Source: Dethiobacter sp.
GTDB taxonomy: Bacteria; Bacillota; Dethiobacteria; DTU022; UBA8154
DNA: 64,000 bases
NCBI GenBank assembly: GCA_020725665.1
Contig: DYEO01000002.1
Coordinates: 6,451 to 70,450, forward strand
Direction: 5' to 3'
Shown here: positions 9,107-19,149 of the stretch, piece after piece
Position numbering within the stretch: position 1 is the stretch's first letter
Layout: each line of letters starts with the position of its first letter
Translations under genes and position numbers: made by a program
The notes under the pieces: model-generated
What the model was told of the DNA's origin: nothing
What the model saw: only the letters and a program-made list of their open reading frames with translations
Databases searched by the model: none

Positions 9107-10318
9107 TCAACTTTTTTGTTTTCCCGATTGCAGTACCACTTTTTCTTTAATGAGAAAATAGCCGGGCAAGCCTATTGCCAGGGCCAGAGCCCCGCCCACG
9201 GCGAACATAAAAAATGGCCCTACGCCCTGCATCAGGGAGAAGGCGGGCGGGCCCAGGGCCACGCCGAGAAAACGGACGCTGCCGTAAAGGGAGGTCACCC
9301 CTCCCCGCTGTTCACTCTGGGACGCACTGGTAACCATGGTATTGACAGACGGCAACACCAAACCGCTTCCCAGACCCAGCAATCCCAGCATGATGGGGTA
9401 AACGATAAGGCTGCGACAGCAGAAAGGGAGAATTCCCATGGCTACGGCAATGACAAGCAAGCCCACAAGGTAGGCAAGTTTAAAATATTTTTTTACTTTT
9501 CGCAGGTAGAGTCCTGTAAGGTAGGCGGTTACTGACATGGTGAGGAGGGGAACGGAGAGAATTACGCCCTTTGTCACCCCGGCCAGGCCGAATTTGCTTA
9601 CCAGGATATCTGAGGTAAAGGAGAGCACCCCAAAAAGGATAAAAAGGACTACCATCCCCCCAAAAAAATTAAAAATAAGGGAAACCCCTTTTTTATTAAA
9701 GATCCCCAGCATGCTGTGCATGTATTGCTTAAACGGCTGTGGCTTCACTTTTCCTGCCGGTTCCTTAACAAGCCACCAGACCAACAGGGCTGCAGGGATT
9801 GAGAGAATTGCATAAGAGAAGAAAAGCGCGTACCACACGATAAGGGCCACCGCCGCACCGATAATCGGGCTGAGCACCTTGCCCAGCCCGTTTGCCGCCT
9901 CCAGTATACCCATACTCTCGCTCCGTTCCGACGTTTTAAACAGGTCGCCGGCGAGAGCCATGGCGATAGGACCGGTTCCGGCCGCCCCCAAACCCTGCAC
10001 AACCCTGCCCACCAGCACTAGATTATAAGGGTTCTGCATAAGCATGGAGGCAAAGCCGCTCACAGCGCCGCCCGCACCATACAGAAGCAGGGCGGGTATA
10101 ATAATGGCCTTGCGGCCGACCCGATCCGACAAATAACCAAGTAAGGGAATGGCCACGGCTGCCGGGGCCGAAAAGAAAGTGATCAGCAAACCCACTTGAA
10201 ACTGGTTGATCTGCATCGCTTTTTTTATTGCCGGGAACTCGGGAATCAGCATGGAATTCCCCAGCACCATTAAAAAGGGAACAATGCCGAGCACAATTAC
10301 GATCATTTTTTTCTGCAT
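9107..10318 (-). CDS. MFS transporter
   Basis: 12 predicted TM helices; MFS motif GYLSDRVGRK between TM2 and TM3. Confidence 0.7.
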   Translation of the reverse strand: MQKKMIVIVLGIVPFLMVLGNSMLIPEFPAIKKAMQINQFQVGLLITFFSAPAAVAIPLLGYLSDRVGRKAIIIPALLLYGAGGAVSGFASMLMQNPYNLVLVGRVVQGLGAAGTGPIAMALAGDLFKTSERSESMGILEAANGLGKVLSPIIGAAVALIVWYALFFSYAILSIPAALLVWWLVKEPAGKVKPQPFKQYMHSMLGIFNKKGVSLIFNFFGGMVVLFILFGVLSFTSDILVSKFGLAGVTKGVILSVPLLTMSVTAYLTGLYLRKVKKYFKLAYLVGLLVIAVAMGILPFCCRSLIVYPIMLGLLGLGSGLVLPSVNTMVTSASQSEQRGGVTSLYGSVRFLGVALGPPAFSLMQGVGPFFMFAVGGALALAIGLPGYFLIKEKVVLQSGKQKS

Positions 10319-10486
10319 GACAAGGCCTCACAGTTAAAATAACAGGCAAACGAGGTTGTGCGATGAACACAACATTCTATTTTTAACCGTTCAATCCATT
10401 TTAGTAATGCCATTTTTTTCATCGGACAGCACCCCTGCCGCTACTTCATCATAAGATATAGAAATTTTAACAAGGAGGTCTTAATC

Positions 10487-11821
10487 TTGAACTATCTCTC
10501 CGAAAAAAACATATTTGCCGGGGAAAAAATCGGAGTTAACTGGTCGCAATTTTGGCAAAAAGAGGATTGGTGGACGGTCTGGATCGCCGTTACCCTGATC
10601 CTTTTCTCCCTCTTCAAACTGGTAAGTCGCATTCCTGTACCCGGAAACTGGAATACCAACCCCCTGCAGGCCTTTGCCGGAGCGCAGTTCTTTCATTTCT
10701 TGCTGCTCGGGGGCGGGCTCGCCCTCATTACCGGCCTGGCCATAACCGTCATGCGGGAGAAGGTACATAGCTACCTCGTCAGTTTCCCCATCGTCTTCGG
10801 GCTTTCCCTTTTGGCCTTCACCCTCAGCCGCCAGGTTACCCTGAACAGGTATCAGTTCGACAGCGTTATCTGGGCCCTCCTATTAGGACTGCTTATCAGC
10901 AACACGGTGGGGTTACCCCGTTGGCTCGCCCCGGCGGCACGCACTGAACTTTTTATCAAGACAGGATTGGTGCTGATGGGGGCGGAAATTCTCTTTTCGC
11001 GCATTCTCCTGCTCGGTACATACGGATTGGGTGTAGCCTGGCTGGTCACACCCATAGTGCTCATCTTCATGTTTATCATGGGAACCAAACTCTTTAAAAT
11101 CGAGAGTAAAGCCCTGGTCGCGACGATCAGTGCCGCCACTTCTGTCTGCGGGGTTTCCGCGGCTATCGCAGCGGGAGCAGCAACACGGGCACGGCGCGAG
11201 GAAATTAGTTACGCCATCTCCCTTTCGCTCCTTTTTACGGTGTTGATGATGATTGTTTTCCCCAACCTGATCAAACTGGCCGGACTGAGCGAGGCGGTGG
11301 GCGGTGCTTTAATCGGTGGCACCATTGATTCCACAGGAGCTGTCGTCGTAGCGGGAGCAATGGTTGGTAAAAAGGCCATGGAAGTGGCTGCCATCATAAA
11401 AATGATTCAGAACACACTTATCGGCGTGGTGGCCTTTTTTCTTTCTCTTTACTGGGTAACGCGTGTGGAGCAAGGTGCACCGGGCAGCCGCCCCTCCCTG
11501 CTGCAGATCTGGGAGCGCTTTCCCAAGTTCATCATCGGCTTTGTGCTGGCCTCCGTTTTCTTTTCTTTTATCCTCACACCGGCTCTCGGCGCTCCTGAGG
11601 TGGATAATATCCTCAAGCTAACCCGGGGGCTGCGCAACTGGTTGTTCTGCCTGGCCTTTGTTTCTATCGGCCTGGAAAGCAGTGTTTCCCGTTTAATGGC
11701 GCTGGGCAAAGGAGGCTGGCCGGTATATCTTTACATCACCGGACAACTTTTTAACATTGCCCTAACCTATCTTGCCGCCGTGTTCTTTTTTGGAGGCAAA
11801 TTTTTCCCTGCCGTAATGTAA
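10487..11821 (+). CDS. Polytopic membrane transporter, possibly YeiH/UPF0324 (putative sulfate exporter) family
   Basis: About 11 TM helices; TTG start with an AAGGAGG RBS. Family assignment is from memory of the pattern only. Confidence 0.35.
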   Translation: MNYLSEKNIFAGEKIGVNWSQFWQKEDWWTVWIAVTLILFSLFKLVSRIPVPGNWNTNPLQAFAGAQFFHFLLLGGGLALITGLAITVMREKVHSYLVSFPIVFGLSLLAFTLSRQVTLNRYQFDSVIWALLLGLLISNTVGLPRWLAPAARTELFIKTGLVLMGAEILFSRILLLGTYGLGVAWLVTPIVLIFMFIMGTKLFKIESKALVATISAATSVCGVSAAIAAGAATRARREEISYAISLSLLFTVLMMIVFPNLIKLAGLSEAVGGALIGGTIDSTGAVVVAGAMVGKKAMEVAAIIKMIQNTLIGVVAFFLSLYWVTRVEQGAPGSRPSLLQIWERFPKFIIGFVLASVFFSFILTPALGAPEVDNILKLTRGLRNWLFCLAFVSIGLESSVSRLMALGKGGWPVYLYITGQLFNIALTYLAAVFFFGGKFFPAVM

Positions 11822-11991
11822 GGATGCGACAGGGGACGGTTCTCAAGTTGTCGCACCAAACGATGAAAGCCTTTTAACGCTGCCGGTGGCGGGGTTAAAA
11901 GGCTTGTTTTTTTCTCCGCAAGAAAAGGATCGTCTTTGATGCACGCCTGGGGTAATCCCTTTCCCGGGCCTGCATACAAGAAAAAATGCAG

Positions 11992-12273
11992 TTAACGTAC
12001 TCCTTCTTTCAGGGTTTTACCTGCTTTAAAAGCAGGGATCTTCACAGCGGGCAGCTTAACGGATTTACCCTTTACCGGGTTATAACCCTGTCTTTCCCTG
12101 AGCACCCGCGTGTAAAAGGTGCCAAAGCCGATTACCTGAACTTTTTCGCCGCTCTTCAATGCGTTGGAAACCGTGCCGAAGAGCGCACTGACAACCTTTT
12201 CTGCATCCTTTTTGGAAACCCCCGCTTTTTCAGCAACACTGCCGATAAGTTCAGCCTTATTCACCTGCAACAT
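11992..12273 (-). CDS. hup: DNA-binding protein HU
   Basis: Canonical HU sequence (MNKAELIGSVAEKAGVSKKDAEK...GFGTF...RNP). Confidence 0.9.
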   Translation of the reverse strand: MLQVNKAELIGSVAEKAGVSKKDAEKVVSALFGTVSNALKSGEKVQVIGFGTFYTRVLRERQGYNPVKGKSVKLPAVKIPAFKAGKTLKEGVR

Positions 12274-12334
12274 CCCCCTTAATTTTTCAATAATGAAATT
12301 AACAAAAAAAATCGTTAATTCAATTCGCCGAATT

Positions 12335-12376
12335 ATAAATTAATTCCTGCCTTTTATAAATTAATTCCTGCCTTTT
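12335..12376. repeat. Perfect 21-bp tandem duplication (ataaattaattcctgcctttt x2) upstream of hup
   Basis: Two identical adjacent 21-mers between the yabN stop and the hup start. Confidence 0.7.
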
Positions 12377-12393
12377 CTTAAAAATTTTCTCAT

Positions 12394-13902
12394 TTATTCT
12401 TGAAATTTCGCCTCTTCCCAAAAATGATCCAGTTCTTCCAATGAAAAGAAAGTGAAATCTTTACCTGTTGCCTCTACTTTTCCTTTTATATACTGAAAAC
12501 GACGCGTAAATTTCTGTATTGCCGCAGCAAGGGCTTGCTCGGCATCAACATGGAGAAAGCGGGCCACATTAACCATGGCAAAAAGAAGATCGCCGTATTC
12601 TTCTTCCACCTTTTCCCTCTCCTCCCCGGTTCGTGCCGCCTTTAGCTCCCTCAGTTCCTCCCCTACTTTCTCCAGGGCTCCTTCAATATTCGGCCAGTCG
12701 AACCCCACTGCTGCCGCCCGCTTCTGAATTTTCTGCGCCTTCATCAGGGCAGGGAGGCCTGGCGGGAGAGCAAAGAAGTCATCCTTTACCCCTTCCTTAC
12801 CTTTTTCCTGGAGCTTTATCTCCTGCCAGCACCGGCTCACAGCACGGGCATCGGCAAGTTTTTCCTGCTGGAAAACATGGGGGTGGCGGCGATAGATCTT
12901 CCGGGTAATCCCATCAATTACCTCCCAAAGGGAGAAATCACCCTGCTCCCGGGCCAGTTCACTGTGGAAGATAACCTGCAGCAAAAGGTCCCCCAATTCC
13001 TCGCAAAGGCCTGCGGTATCACCGCTGTTAATCGCCTCCAGCACCTCGTAAGTCTCTTCCAGGAGGTAGGGTCTGAGGGAGCGGTGATCCTGCTGCCTGT
13101 CCCAGGGGCACCCCTCCGGGGAGCGCAGTTCAGCCATAATGGCAGTCATATCGCCCAGGGAGCAGCGGGGAGGCGGGGAAAGGTGCAAAAAACTCCAGCC
13201 ATGCAGCGGCAGAACGGAAAGTACGGCCAACTCATCCAGGGTCCATGAGCCGTGCAGGACCGTTTCTCCGTGCCGGTCAAACTGCCAGAGTGCAGCGTGA
13301 TGTCCCGCAGGATAAATATCTCCGAGCTGCTCCACAAGCTTCGTCAGCAGGGAATGACTGTAAACCTGGGAAATGAGCAGTTCACCCCGGGGTGGTTCCT
13401 TCAATTCCTCGCCACAGAGAGCATCAAGTATGGTCACTCCCCGGCAAAAAGAGAATGCAGCCACACTTTCACACCGCCCTGCCGTAGCCAATTGCATGGA
13501 ATCCAGGAGGGGAAGAATTACATCCTCACCCGTCAGATAAGAAATGTTTGTTTCCCGCAAATTCAGCCGCTGCCGCAGCAGCCTCCCCAGGATTTCGCCC
13601 GGCCAGGGCCGCCCGGGGAGGAGGAGGGCCGCTGCCTGCTCCTCCTTTAGCACATCGAGGATCGTTTCAACCATCTTTTCCCTTCTTTCCGCAAAAGGGA
13701 GATCCTCTGTCCCAACGCAGGACGCCTCAAGGTTGATCAGATGTCGATCCTTTATTGTCGCCAGGAACTCTTCAAGATGAGGCGGCACGGCGGTACAGAT
13801 AAAGCTGCGTACCCCCGACAGTTTTTTCTGTTCCAGGGCTGCCGCTATGGAGGAAAGATCACCCCGACCCAGCCCCACAATATATAAATGTGGCATCTGC
13901 AA
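12394..13902 (-). CDS. yabN: YabN: MazG nucleoside-triphosphate pyrophosphohydrolase fused to an N-terminal tetrapyrrole-methylase-like domain
   Basis: N-terminal LYIVGLGRGD methylase-like fold; C-terminal tandem MazG EEXXE motifs (EETYEVLEAI, EELGDLLLQV, EEYGDLLFAMV). Confidence 0.8.
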   Translation of the reverse strand: MQMPHLYIVGLGRGDLSSIAAALEQKKLSGVRSFICTAVPPHLEEFLATIKDRHLINLEASCVGTEDLPFAERREKMVETILDVLKEEQAAALLLPGRPWPGEILGRLLRQRLNLRETNISYLTGEDVILPLLDSMQLATAGRCESVAAFSFCRGVTILDALCGEELKEPPRGELLISQVYSHSLLTKLVEQLGDIYPAGHHAALWQFDRHGETVLHGSWTLDELAVLSVLPLHGWSFLHLSPPPRCSLGDMTAIMAELRSPEGCPWDRQQDHRSLRPYLLEETYEVLEAINSGDTAGLCEELGDLLLQVIFHSELAREQGDFSLWEVIDGITRKIYRRHPHVFQQEKLADARAVSRCWQEIKLQEKGKEGVKDDFFALPPGLPALMKAQKIQKRAAAVGFDWPNIEGALEKVGEELRELKAARTGEEREKVEEEYGDLLFAMVNVARFLHVDAEQALAAAIQKFTRRFQYIKGKVEATGKDFTFFSLEELDHFWEEAKFQE

Positions 13903-14075
13903 AATCTCCTATTCTTTTGATGTCAGAGGTCAGAGTGCCGGTGTGCCGGAAAATACTTCTAAAGAAACTAATATCCTGGGGCGCCTCAGGCACTCCCGTC
14001 AGCCCTGATTCCGTTTATTTTTACCCTTACTAGAAACGAAATATCCGGGGGGAGGACCCTCACTATCATTTTGTC

Positions 14076-15701
14076 TCAGCCTCGCAACAGCCTCAGGCGC
14101 CGCGCCCAGCGCAGAAGCAAAGGACCGAGGCGGGGGATGGCCCGCAGGTCTGCCTCCCGTACTCCCCCCAGCAGTAAAAGGACAGCCACATAGATAAAGA
14201 GCCCCACTATGATCGCCAGCAGCAGCCCTCCCGCCTGGGCCAGGCGCAGGGAGAGAATGTCGTCCAACAGCCCGGTCAGCAGGCGGTAAGAAAGGCTTGC
14301 CCCCCAGGCCATAACGAGAGCGGCCATTAGTGGTTTTAAAATCAGTTCACCAGCGGGGAAACGCCAGCCTGTTAGTTTTCCCACTTTGTGCAGGTTTAAA
14401 AATGAGGAAAGGGAAAAGCCGGCGATCGTGGAGAGAGCCGCCCCCCCGATATGCAGTTCCGGGATTGCCGTCAGATACCAGCTTAAGAATATCTTAACCA
14501 CCGCACCGAAGAACATGTTGCGTACGGGCACAAAAGTGTACCCCAGCCCCTGCAGGATACCGGAGGTAGTTGTGTATAGAGAAAGGAAGATGATGCCGAA
14601 GGAGAGAATGCGCAGGGGGAAAGCAGCGGATATATTGTCAAAAAGAACCAGGGTTGATGGCTCGGCCAGGACAAAAAGGCCCAGGGAGGCGGGTATGCTG
14701 AAAAAGAGAGTGAGGCGGACGGCCAGTTCCGTTCTCCCCCGGATCAGGATGTTGTTTCTGAGGGCCTGTGCCTCGGAGATAGCCGGCACCATGCTCATGG
14801 CCAGGGCGATGGTCAGGATAATGGGAAACTGAATGAGCGTGTTCGCCATTCCCGTGAGCTGGCCGTAGAGTGCGGTTGCCGCCTCCTTAGAGAAACCGGC
14901 TTCATGGAGGCGCAGTGGTACCACCGCCAAATCCAGCATGTTGATCAGGGGGATAACAAGGCTGCCTAATGTAATGGGAATGGAAAAGGCGGCAAGACGG
15001 TAGAGAACCGGCAGTGCGTGGAAATCACGCAGGGATGTTTGATCTCTGACCCTCAGGGTAATAGCGTCCCGCTTGCGCAGAAAGACCAGGAGTAGAAATA
15101 CAAGGCTTACAAAGGCGCCCGCAGCAGCTCCAAAGGTTGCCCCCGCAGCGGCAAACTCCAACCCCCGGGGAATGAGCAGGAAGACCAGCGCCAGTACTAC
15201 CACAACACGGGCGGTCTGTTCAAAAATCTGGGAGAAAGCGGTAGGGCGCATCTCCTGCTGTCCCTGGAAAAAACCGCGAAAAGCGGACATAACAGACGCT
15301 ATAAAAATAGCCGGGGAGATGCTCACCAGGGGATAGTAGGCACGGGGATCCAACTCGAGGATGTTGATTATATAATGAGCCCCAAAGAAGAGGAGCAGGG
15401 AAAAGAATGCCCCCAGGATTGTAAGCACGATAAGGGCCGTCTTAAAAACCTGGTAGGCGCCGCGGTAATCCTTGAGAACGAGGTGCTCGGCCACCAGCTT
15501 GGAAACAGCGATGGGCAAACCGGCGGTGGAGATGGCCAGCATGGTGGTATAAACGGGGTAGGCCATCTGGTAGAGACCGATGCCCTCATCCCCCATTACT
15601 GCCGCCAGGAAAACGCGCAATACAGCTCCGAGCAGCCGCACGCTGATGCCGGCGGCCCCCAGGATCAATGCTCCTTTGACAAAGGAGTGACCCCTGGACA
15701 A
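14076..15701 (-). CDS. MOP-superfamily polysaccharide/cortex flippase (YabM/SpoVB-like)
   Basis: About 14 TM helices; sits between yabN and spoVT as in Bacillus and Clostridia. Confidence 0.7.
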   Translation of the reverse strand: MSRGHSFVKGALILGAAGISVRLLGAVLRVFLAAVMGDEGIGLYQMAYPVYTTMLAISTAGLPIAVSKLVAEHLVLKDYRGAYQVFKTALIVLTILGAFFSLLLFFGAHYIINILELDPRAYYPLVSISPAIFIASVMSAFRGFFQGQQEMRPTAFSQIFEQTARVVVVLALVFLLIPRGLEFAAAGATFGAAAGAFVSLVFLLLVFLRKRDAITLRVRDQTSLRDFHALPVLYRLAAFSIPITLGSLVIPLINMLDLAVVPLRLHEAGFSKEAATALYGQLTGMANTLIQFPIILTIALAMSMVPAISEAQALRNNILIRGRTELAVRLTLFFSIPASLGLFVLAEPSTLVLFDNISAAFPLRILSFGIIFLSLYTTTSGILQGLGYTFVPVRNMFFGAVVKIFLSWYLTAIPELHIGGAALSTIAGFSLSSFLNLHKVGKLTGWRFPAGELILKPLMAALVMAWGASLSYRLLTGLLDDILSLRLAQAGGLLLAIIVGLFIYVAVLLLLGGVREADLRAIPRLGPLLLRWARRLRLLRG

Positions 15702-15785
15702 TTTTCTTCTCCCTCCGTTCGAGCCGGTTTTCTAATCTACACGCCGTTTAAAATAACAAAAGAAAATATGCCTTATTATAACACG

Positions 15786-15822
15786 ACAAAAAAGCAGTAA
15801 CAAATTTTGTTACTACTTTTTC
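15786..15822. terminator. Bidirectional hairpin terminator 3' of spoVT
   Basis: Perfect palindrome agtaacaaa-t-tttgttact flanked by an A-run and a T-run. Confidence 0.45.
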
Positions 15823-15950
15823 ATGTTTACGGTCACAGCAATGAAACTGTTACTCCGGTTAAGGAAATTTAACCGGCAACGGCTTAATCGCCCCAGCCTG
15901 CACCGTTGCCGCTATTTATAATTATGGAGGTAATGTTGGCAAGCGATGCT

Positions 15951-16505
15951 TTACTGTTCCATCTGTTTTGCCAAAAATCCCGCTGCTGTTTCCACCAGCT
16001 TAATCTCCAGGTCTCCCATTTTAACGTCCTGGTTCCGCGTTCCCACGATCACAGCTCCGATGGGGTCACCCTCGGTAATGATCGGGGCGATTGCCTCCGC
16101 GGAAAACTTGGAGAGCGTTTCCTCCTCCGCTCCCTGGTAATACTCATGATGCAGCGTATCGTTGATGATTATGCTCTTACGTGATTCCATAACCTTTTCC
16201 ACGGCAAGGCTGAGCGGACGATTGAGAAATTCTTTCTTTGGCGCTCCGGAAACAGCAATAATCGTATCTCTATCGGCAATACAGGCAATATGTTGCATCA
16301 CCTCATGCAGGGAATCGGCATATTCCTGGGCAAAATCCCCAAGTTCCCCAATTGGAGAATATTTCTTTAGGATGACCTCACCCTCACGGTCCACAAAAAT
16401 TTCCAGCGGGTCTCCTTCCCTTATTCTCAGGGTGCGCCGGATCTCCTTGGGAATTACCACCCTTCCCAAGTCATCAATTCTGCGGACTATTCCTGTTGCT
16501 TTCAA
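15951..16505 (-). CDS. spoVT: Stage V sporulation protein T (AbrB-type swapped-hairpin plus GAF domain)
   Basis: N-terminal MKATGIVRRIDDLGRVVIPKEIRRTLRIREGDPLEIF (AbrB/SpoVT fold); TTG start with an AAGGGAGGG RBS. Confidence 0.85.
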   Translation of the reverse strand: MKATGIVRRIDDLGRVVIPKEIRRTLRIREGDPLEIFVDREGEVILKKYSPIGELGDFAQEYADSLHEVMQHIACIADRDTIIAVSGAPKKEFLNRPLSLAVEKVMESRKSIIINDTLHHEYYQGAEEETLSKFSAEAIAPIITEGDPIGAVIVGTRNQDVKMGDLEIKLVETAAGFLAKQMEQ

Positions 16506-16627
16506 TCCCTTATCCCTCCCTTTTTCTTTTAAAGGTATTCGTAAGGCTTTACCTTATTATTAATCTGAAGGGAAGGTTTTATTCATTTAACTCCTTTCTC
16601 CTCTAAAAACAGAATGGAGTATTAAAA

Positions 16628-17563
16628 TCATTTTTTCTCCTTAAAAGTTTCGATATTGCTTTCCCGCAGCAACTGATGAAAATATTCCTCATAGCGTTCC
16701 TCTTTAACGGAGGCCATAGCCTCTGCTTTAACCTGCTCAAAAGTAAGGGTGGAGGCTTCTTCTTTTTCCGTGATCATGATGATATAATATCCCTGCACCG
16801 TTTCCACGGGCTCGCTTATCTCACCGGGTTTGAGTTGAAAGGCCGCTGCCATAAAGTGCGGGTCGAGTTTATCCGTTTCTTTGATATGACCCAGCTCCAC
16901 GTAACCTTCACGGGAGTATTTTTCCCCGGTCTCCACGAAATCTGCTCCCCGTTCCAACAAGCGGCGCACCTCCTGAGCCTCCTGCAGGCTTTCAACTAAA
17001 ATACGGTAGGCGTAAACACTGGCTTCCTGCTCCAAAAAGAACGGGTTCTCCTGCACAAAAGCAAGGGCATCTTCTTCCGTTACACCGGCCGAAATATGCT
17101 GGTAGAGAAGTTCCCGCAGCATGGTGCTGCGGGGGATTGTTTTCAGTTGCTCCTCAGCGAGCTGCAATTCCTGCAGGCGAGTAAGGAAATTTTCTTCTGT
17201 TTCATAAATTAACATAATTAAATCTTCCCGCAGCTGGCGAAAATTAAGTTCCAATTCCGCCTGGTCCAGTTTAAGGGAAAGCCTTTCCACCTCCTGCTCC
17301 AGAACTATGTATTCAATTAACAGCCAGAGAATCTCTTCTTCCAGGAGGGCGGCATGCTCTTTCTGTTTGTAGATCTCCTGCAGGTCCGGCATATAAAGAT
17401 AAATCATGCCGATAAAATTATTTAACTCCTTGCGGGTCACATCTCTCCCGTTTACCCGGGCAATCACATCGCCGGTAGGGGTCTCGGCACAACCAAAGAG
17501 AGATAGAGAAAATAAAAACAGCATAACAAGAGCATAAAGGGCGGGCCTTTTAAACTTTTTCAT
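16628..17563 (-). CDS. PrsA-like peptidyl-prolyl isomerase lipoprotein (parvulin/PpiC domain)
   Basis: Lipobox LSLFGC after Met15; C-terminal PpiC domain (GYVELGHI...FQLKPGEISEPVETVQGYYII). Start moved to MKKFKRP. Confidence 0.65.
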   Translation of the reverse strand: MKKFKRPALYALVMLFLFSLSLFGCAETPTGDVIARVNGRDVTRKELNNFIGMIYLYMPDLQEIYKQKEHAALLEEEILWLLIEYIVLEQEVERLSLKLDQAELELNFRQLREDLIMLIYETEENFLTRLQELQLAEEQLKTIPRSTMLRELLYQHISAGVTEEDALAFVQENPFFLEQEASVYAYRILVESLQEAQEVRRLLERGADFVETGEKYSREGYVELGHIKETDKLDPHFMAAAFQLKPGEISEPVETVQGYYIIMITEKEEASTLTFEQVKAEAMASVKEERYEEYFHQLLRESNIETFKEKK

Positions 17564-17672
17564 AAAAAAAGACGCTCCCTTTCTTTTTCTTTTTCTTCTT
17601 TGCACAAACCCCTATCATTATAGCACTTTCCAGTATATAGTTAAAGAAAGTAAAACCAATCTTTAAATTCAT

Positions 17673-19130
17673 ATGATGGAGGAAGGATTGGTAGAAGTGA
17701 ACTATCAAAAAGTAACACCGGAACTGGCGGCACGGCTGGCGGAGATCACCGGCCCCAGGTATGTGATCTACGCCGACAGTGAAAAGATGTTCCCGTACAG
17801 CCACGACGAAACCTTTGAGGGAGGCTATACGAGCATGCCGGAGGTCGTGGTGAAGCCGCGCACGGCGGCGGAGATCTCCCGCATCATGCAGTTGGCCGTG
17901 CAGGAACGGATCCCGGTGACGCCCCGTGGTGCGGGCAGCGGTCTCTCCGGGGGAGCTGTCCCCCTTTTCGGCGGCATCCTCCTCTCCCTGGAGCGCATGG
18001 ATAGCATCCTGGAGATCGATCGGGAAAACCTTATGGTTGTGGTGGAACCGGGAGTGATTACCAATGAACTCAACCGCACTCTGGCCGGAGAAGGGCTCTT
18101 TTACGCCGGATACCCTTTAAGCCTGGAAAGCTGCTTTATCGGCGGGAACGTCGCAGAAAACGCCGGGGGCGCACGAGCGGTTAAATACGGCGTTACCGGC
18201 CGTTACGTGCACGGCCTGGAGGTGGTCCTTCCCGGCGGGGAAATCTTGGAGCTTGGGGGGAAACGCCTTAAGGACGTGACCGGTTACGACCTGCTGCACC
18301 TGCTCGTAGGTTCAGAGGGAACACTGGGGATTTTTACGCGCATCACGCTGCGGGTACTGCCCCTGCCGCCGGCCTCCGCCGTATTGCTGGCACCCTTTCC
18401 CGACGTGGAAAGCGCCGTAAAAGCCGCTCCCCGCATGATGATCGAGACAGGGATTATCCCCTCCGCCATTGAACTGCTGGACCGGCGCAGCATGGAACTG
18501 TGCTGCCGCTTTCGTGGGGAAAAAGTTCCCAACATGGAGACGGCGGGGAGCTATCTTCTGATCGAGGTGGACGGCGCATTGGAGGAGGTGGAGAGGAGCT
18601 ACAACCTCCTCGCCGATAAATGCCTGGACGGAGGGGCACTGGATGTGTACGTAGCCAATACCCCAACCACGCGGGAAAAGTTCTGGAAACTGCGGGCCGT
18701 CATCGGTGAAGCCCTAAAAGCCTATTGCGGCGAAAACGCCGCCGAGGATATTGTCGTCCCTCCCGCCAACATTCCCGCCCTCTTGGCGGAATGCGAGAAC
18801 TTAAGCAGCCGCTATGGCCTGGATAGTGTTTGTTTCGGCCACCTCGGCGACGGGAACCTGCACATTCACCTGCTGAAAAAAGAGGAGAATATGCCTCCGG
18901 AAAAATGGCGGGAAGCCGTCCATGCCGTACTGAGCAAACTCTATACCCGGGCCCGTCTGCTCGGCGGGACGTTGAGCGGGGAGCACGGCATCGGGCACAA
19001 GCGCAAAAAATACCTTCCCTATGTCATGGGGGAGGCGGAACTGGCACTCATGCAGGGAATTAAGACTGTATTCGACCCTACCGGCATCCTTAACCCCGGC
19101 AAAATCACAGGGCCCGATCCGGGCCCCTAA
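17673..19130 (+). CDS. FAD-linked oxidase (GlcD / D-lactate dehydrogenase family)
   Basis: FAD-binding PCMH domain (VVKPRTAAEISRIMQLA, RGAGSGLSGGAVP) and a C-terminal FAD-oxidase domain. Confidence 0.7.
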   Translation: MMEEGLVEVNYQKVTPELAARLAEITGPRYVIYADSEKMFPYSHDETFEGGYTSMPEVVVKPRTAAEISRIMQLAVQERIPVTPRGAGSGLSGGAVPLFGGILLSLERMDSILEIDRENLMVVVEPGVITNELNRTLAGEGLFYAGYPLSLESCFIGGNVAENAGGARAVKYGVTGRYVHGLEVVLPGGEILELGGKRLKDVTGYDLLHLLVGSEGTLGIFTRITLRVLPLPPASAVLLAPFPDVESAVKAAPRMMIETGIIPSAIELLDRRSMELCCRFRGEKVPNMETAGSYLLIEVDGALEEVERSYNLLADKCLDGGALDVYVANTPTTREKFWKLRAVIGEALKAYCGENAAEDIVVPPANIPALLAECENLSSRYGLDSVCFGHLGDGNLHIHLLKKEENMPPEKWREAVHAVLSKLYTRARLLGGTLSGEHGIGHKRKKYLPYVMGEAELALMQGIKTVFDPTGILNPGKITGPDPGP

Positions 19131-19149
19131 GGCAACTGGAAATATTTTC

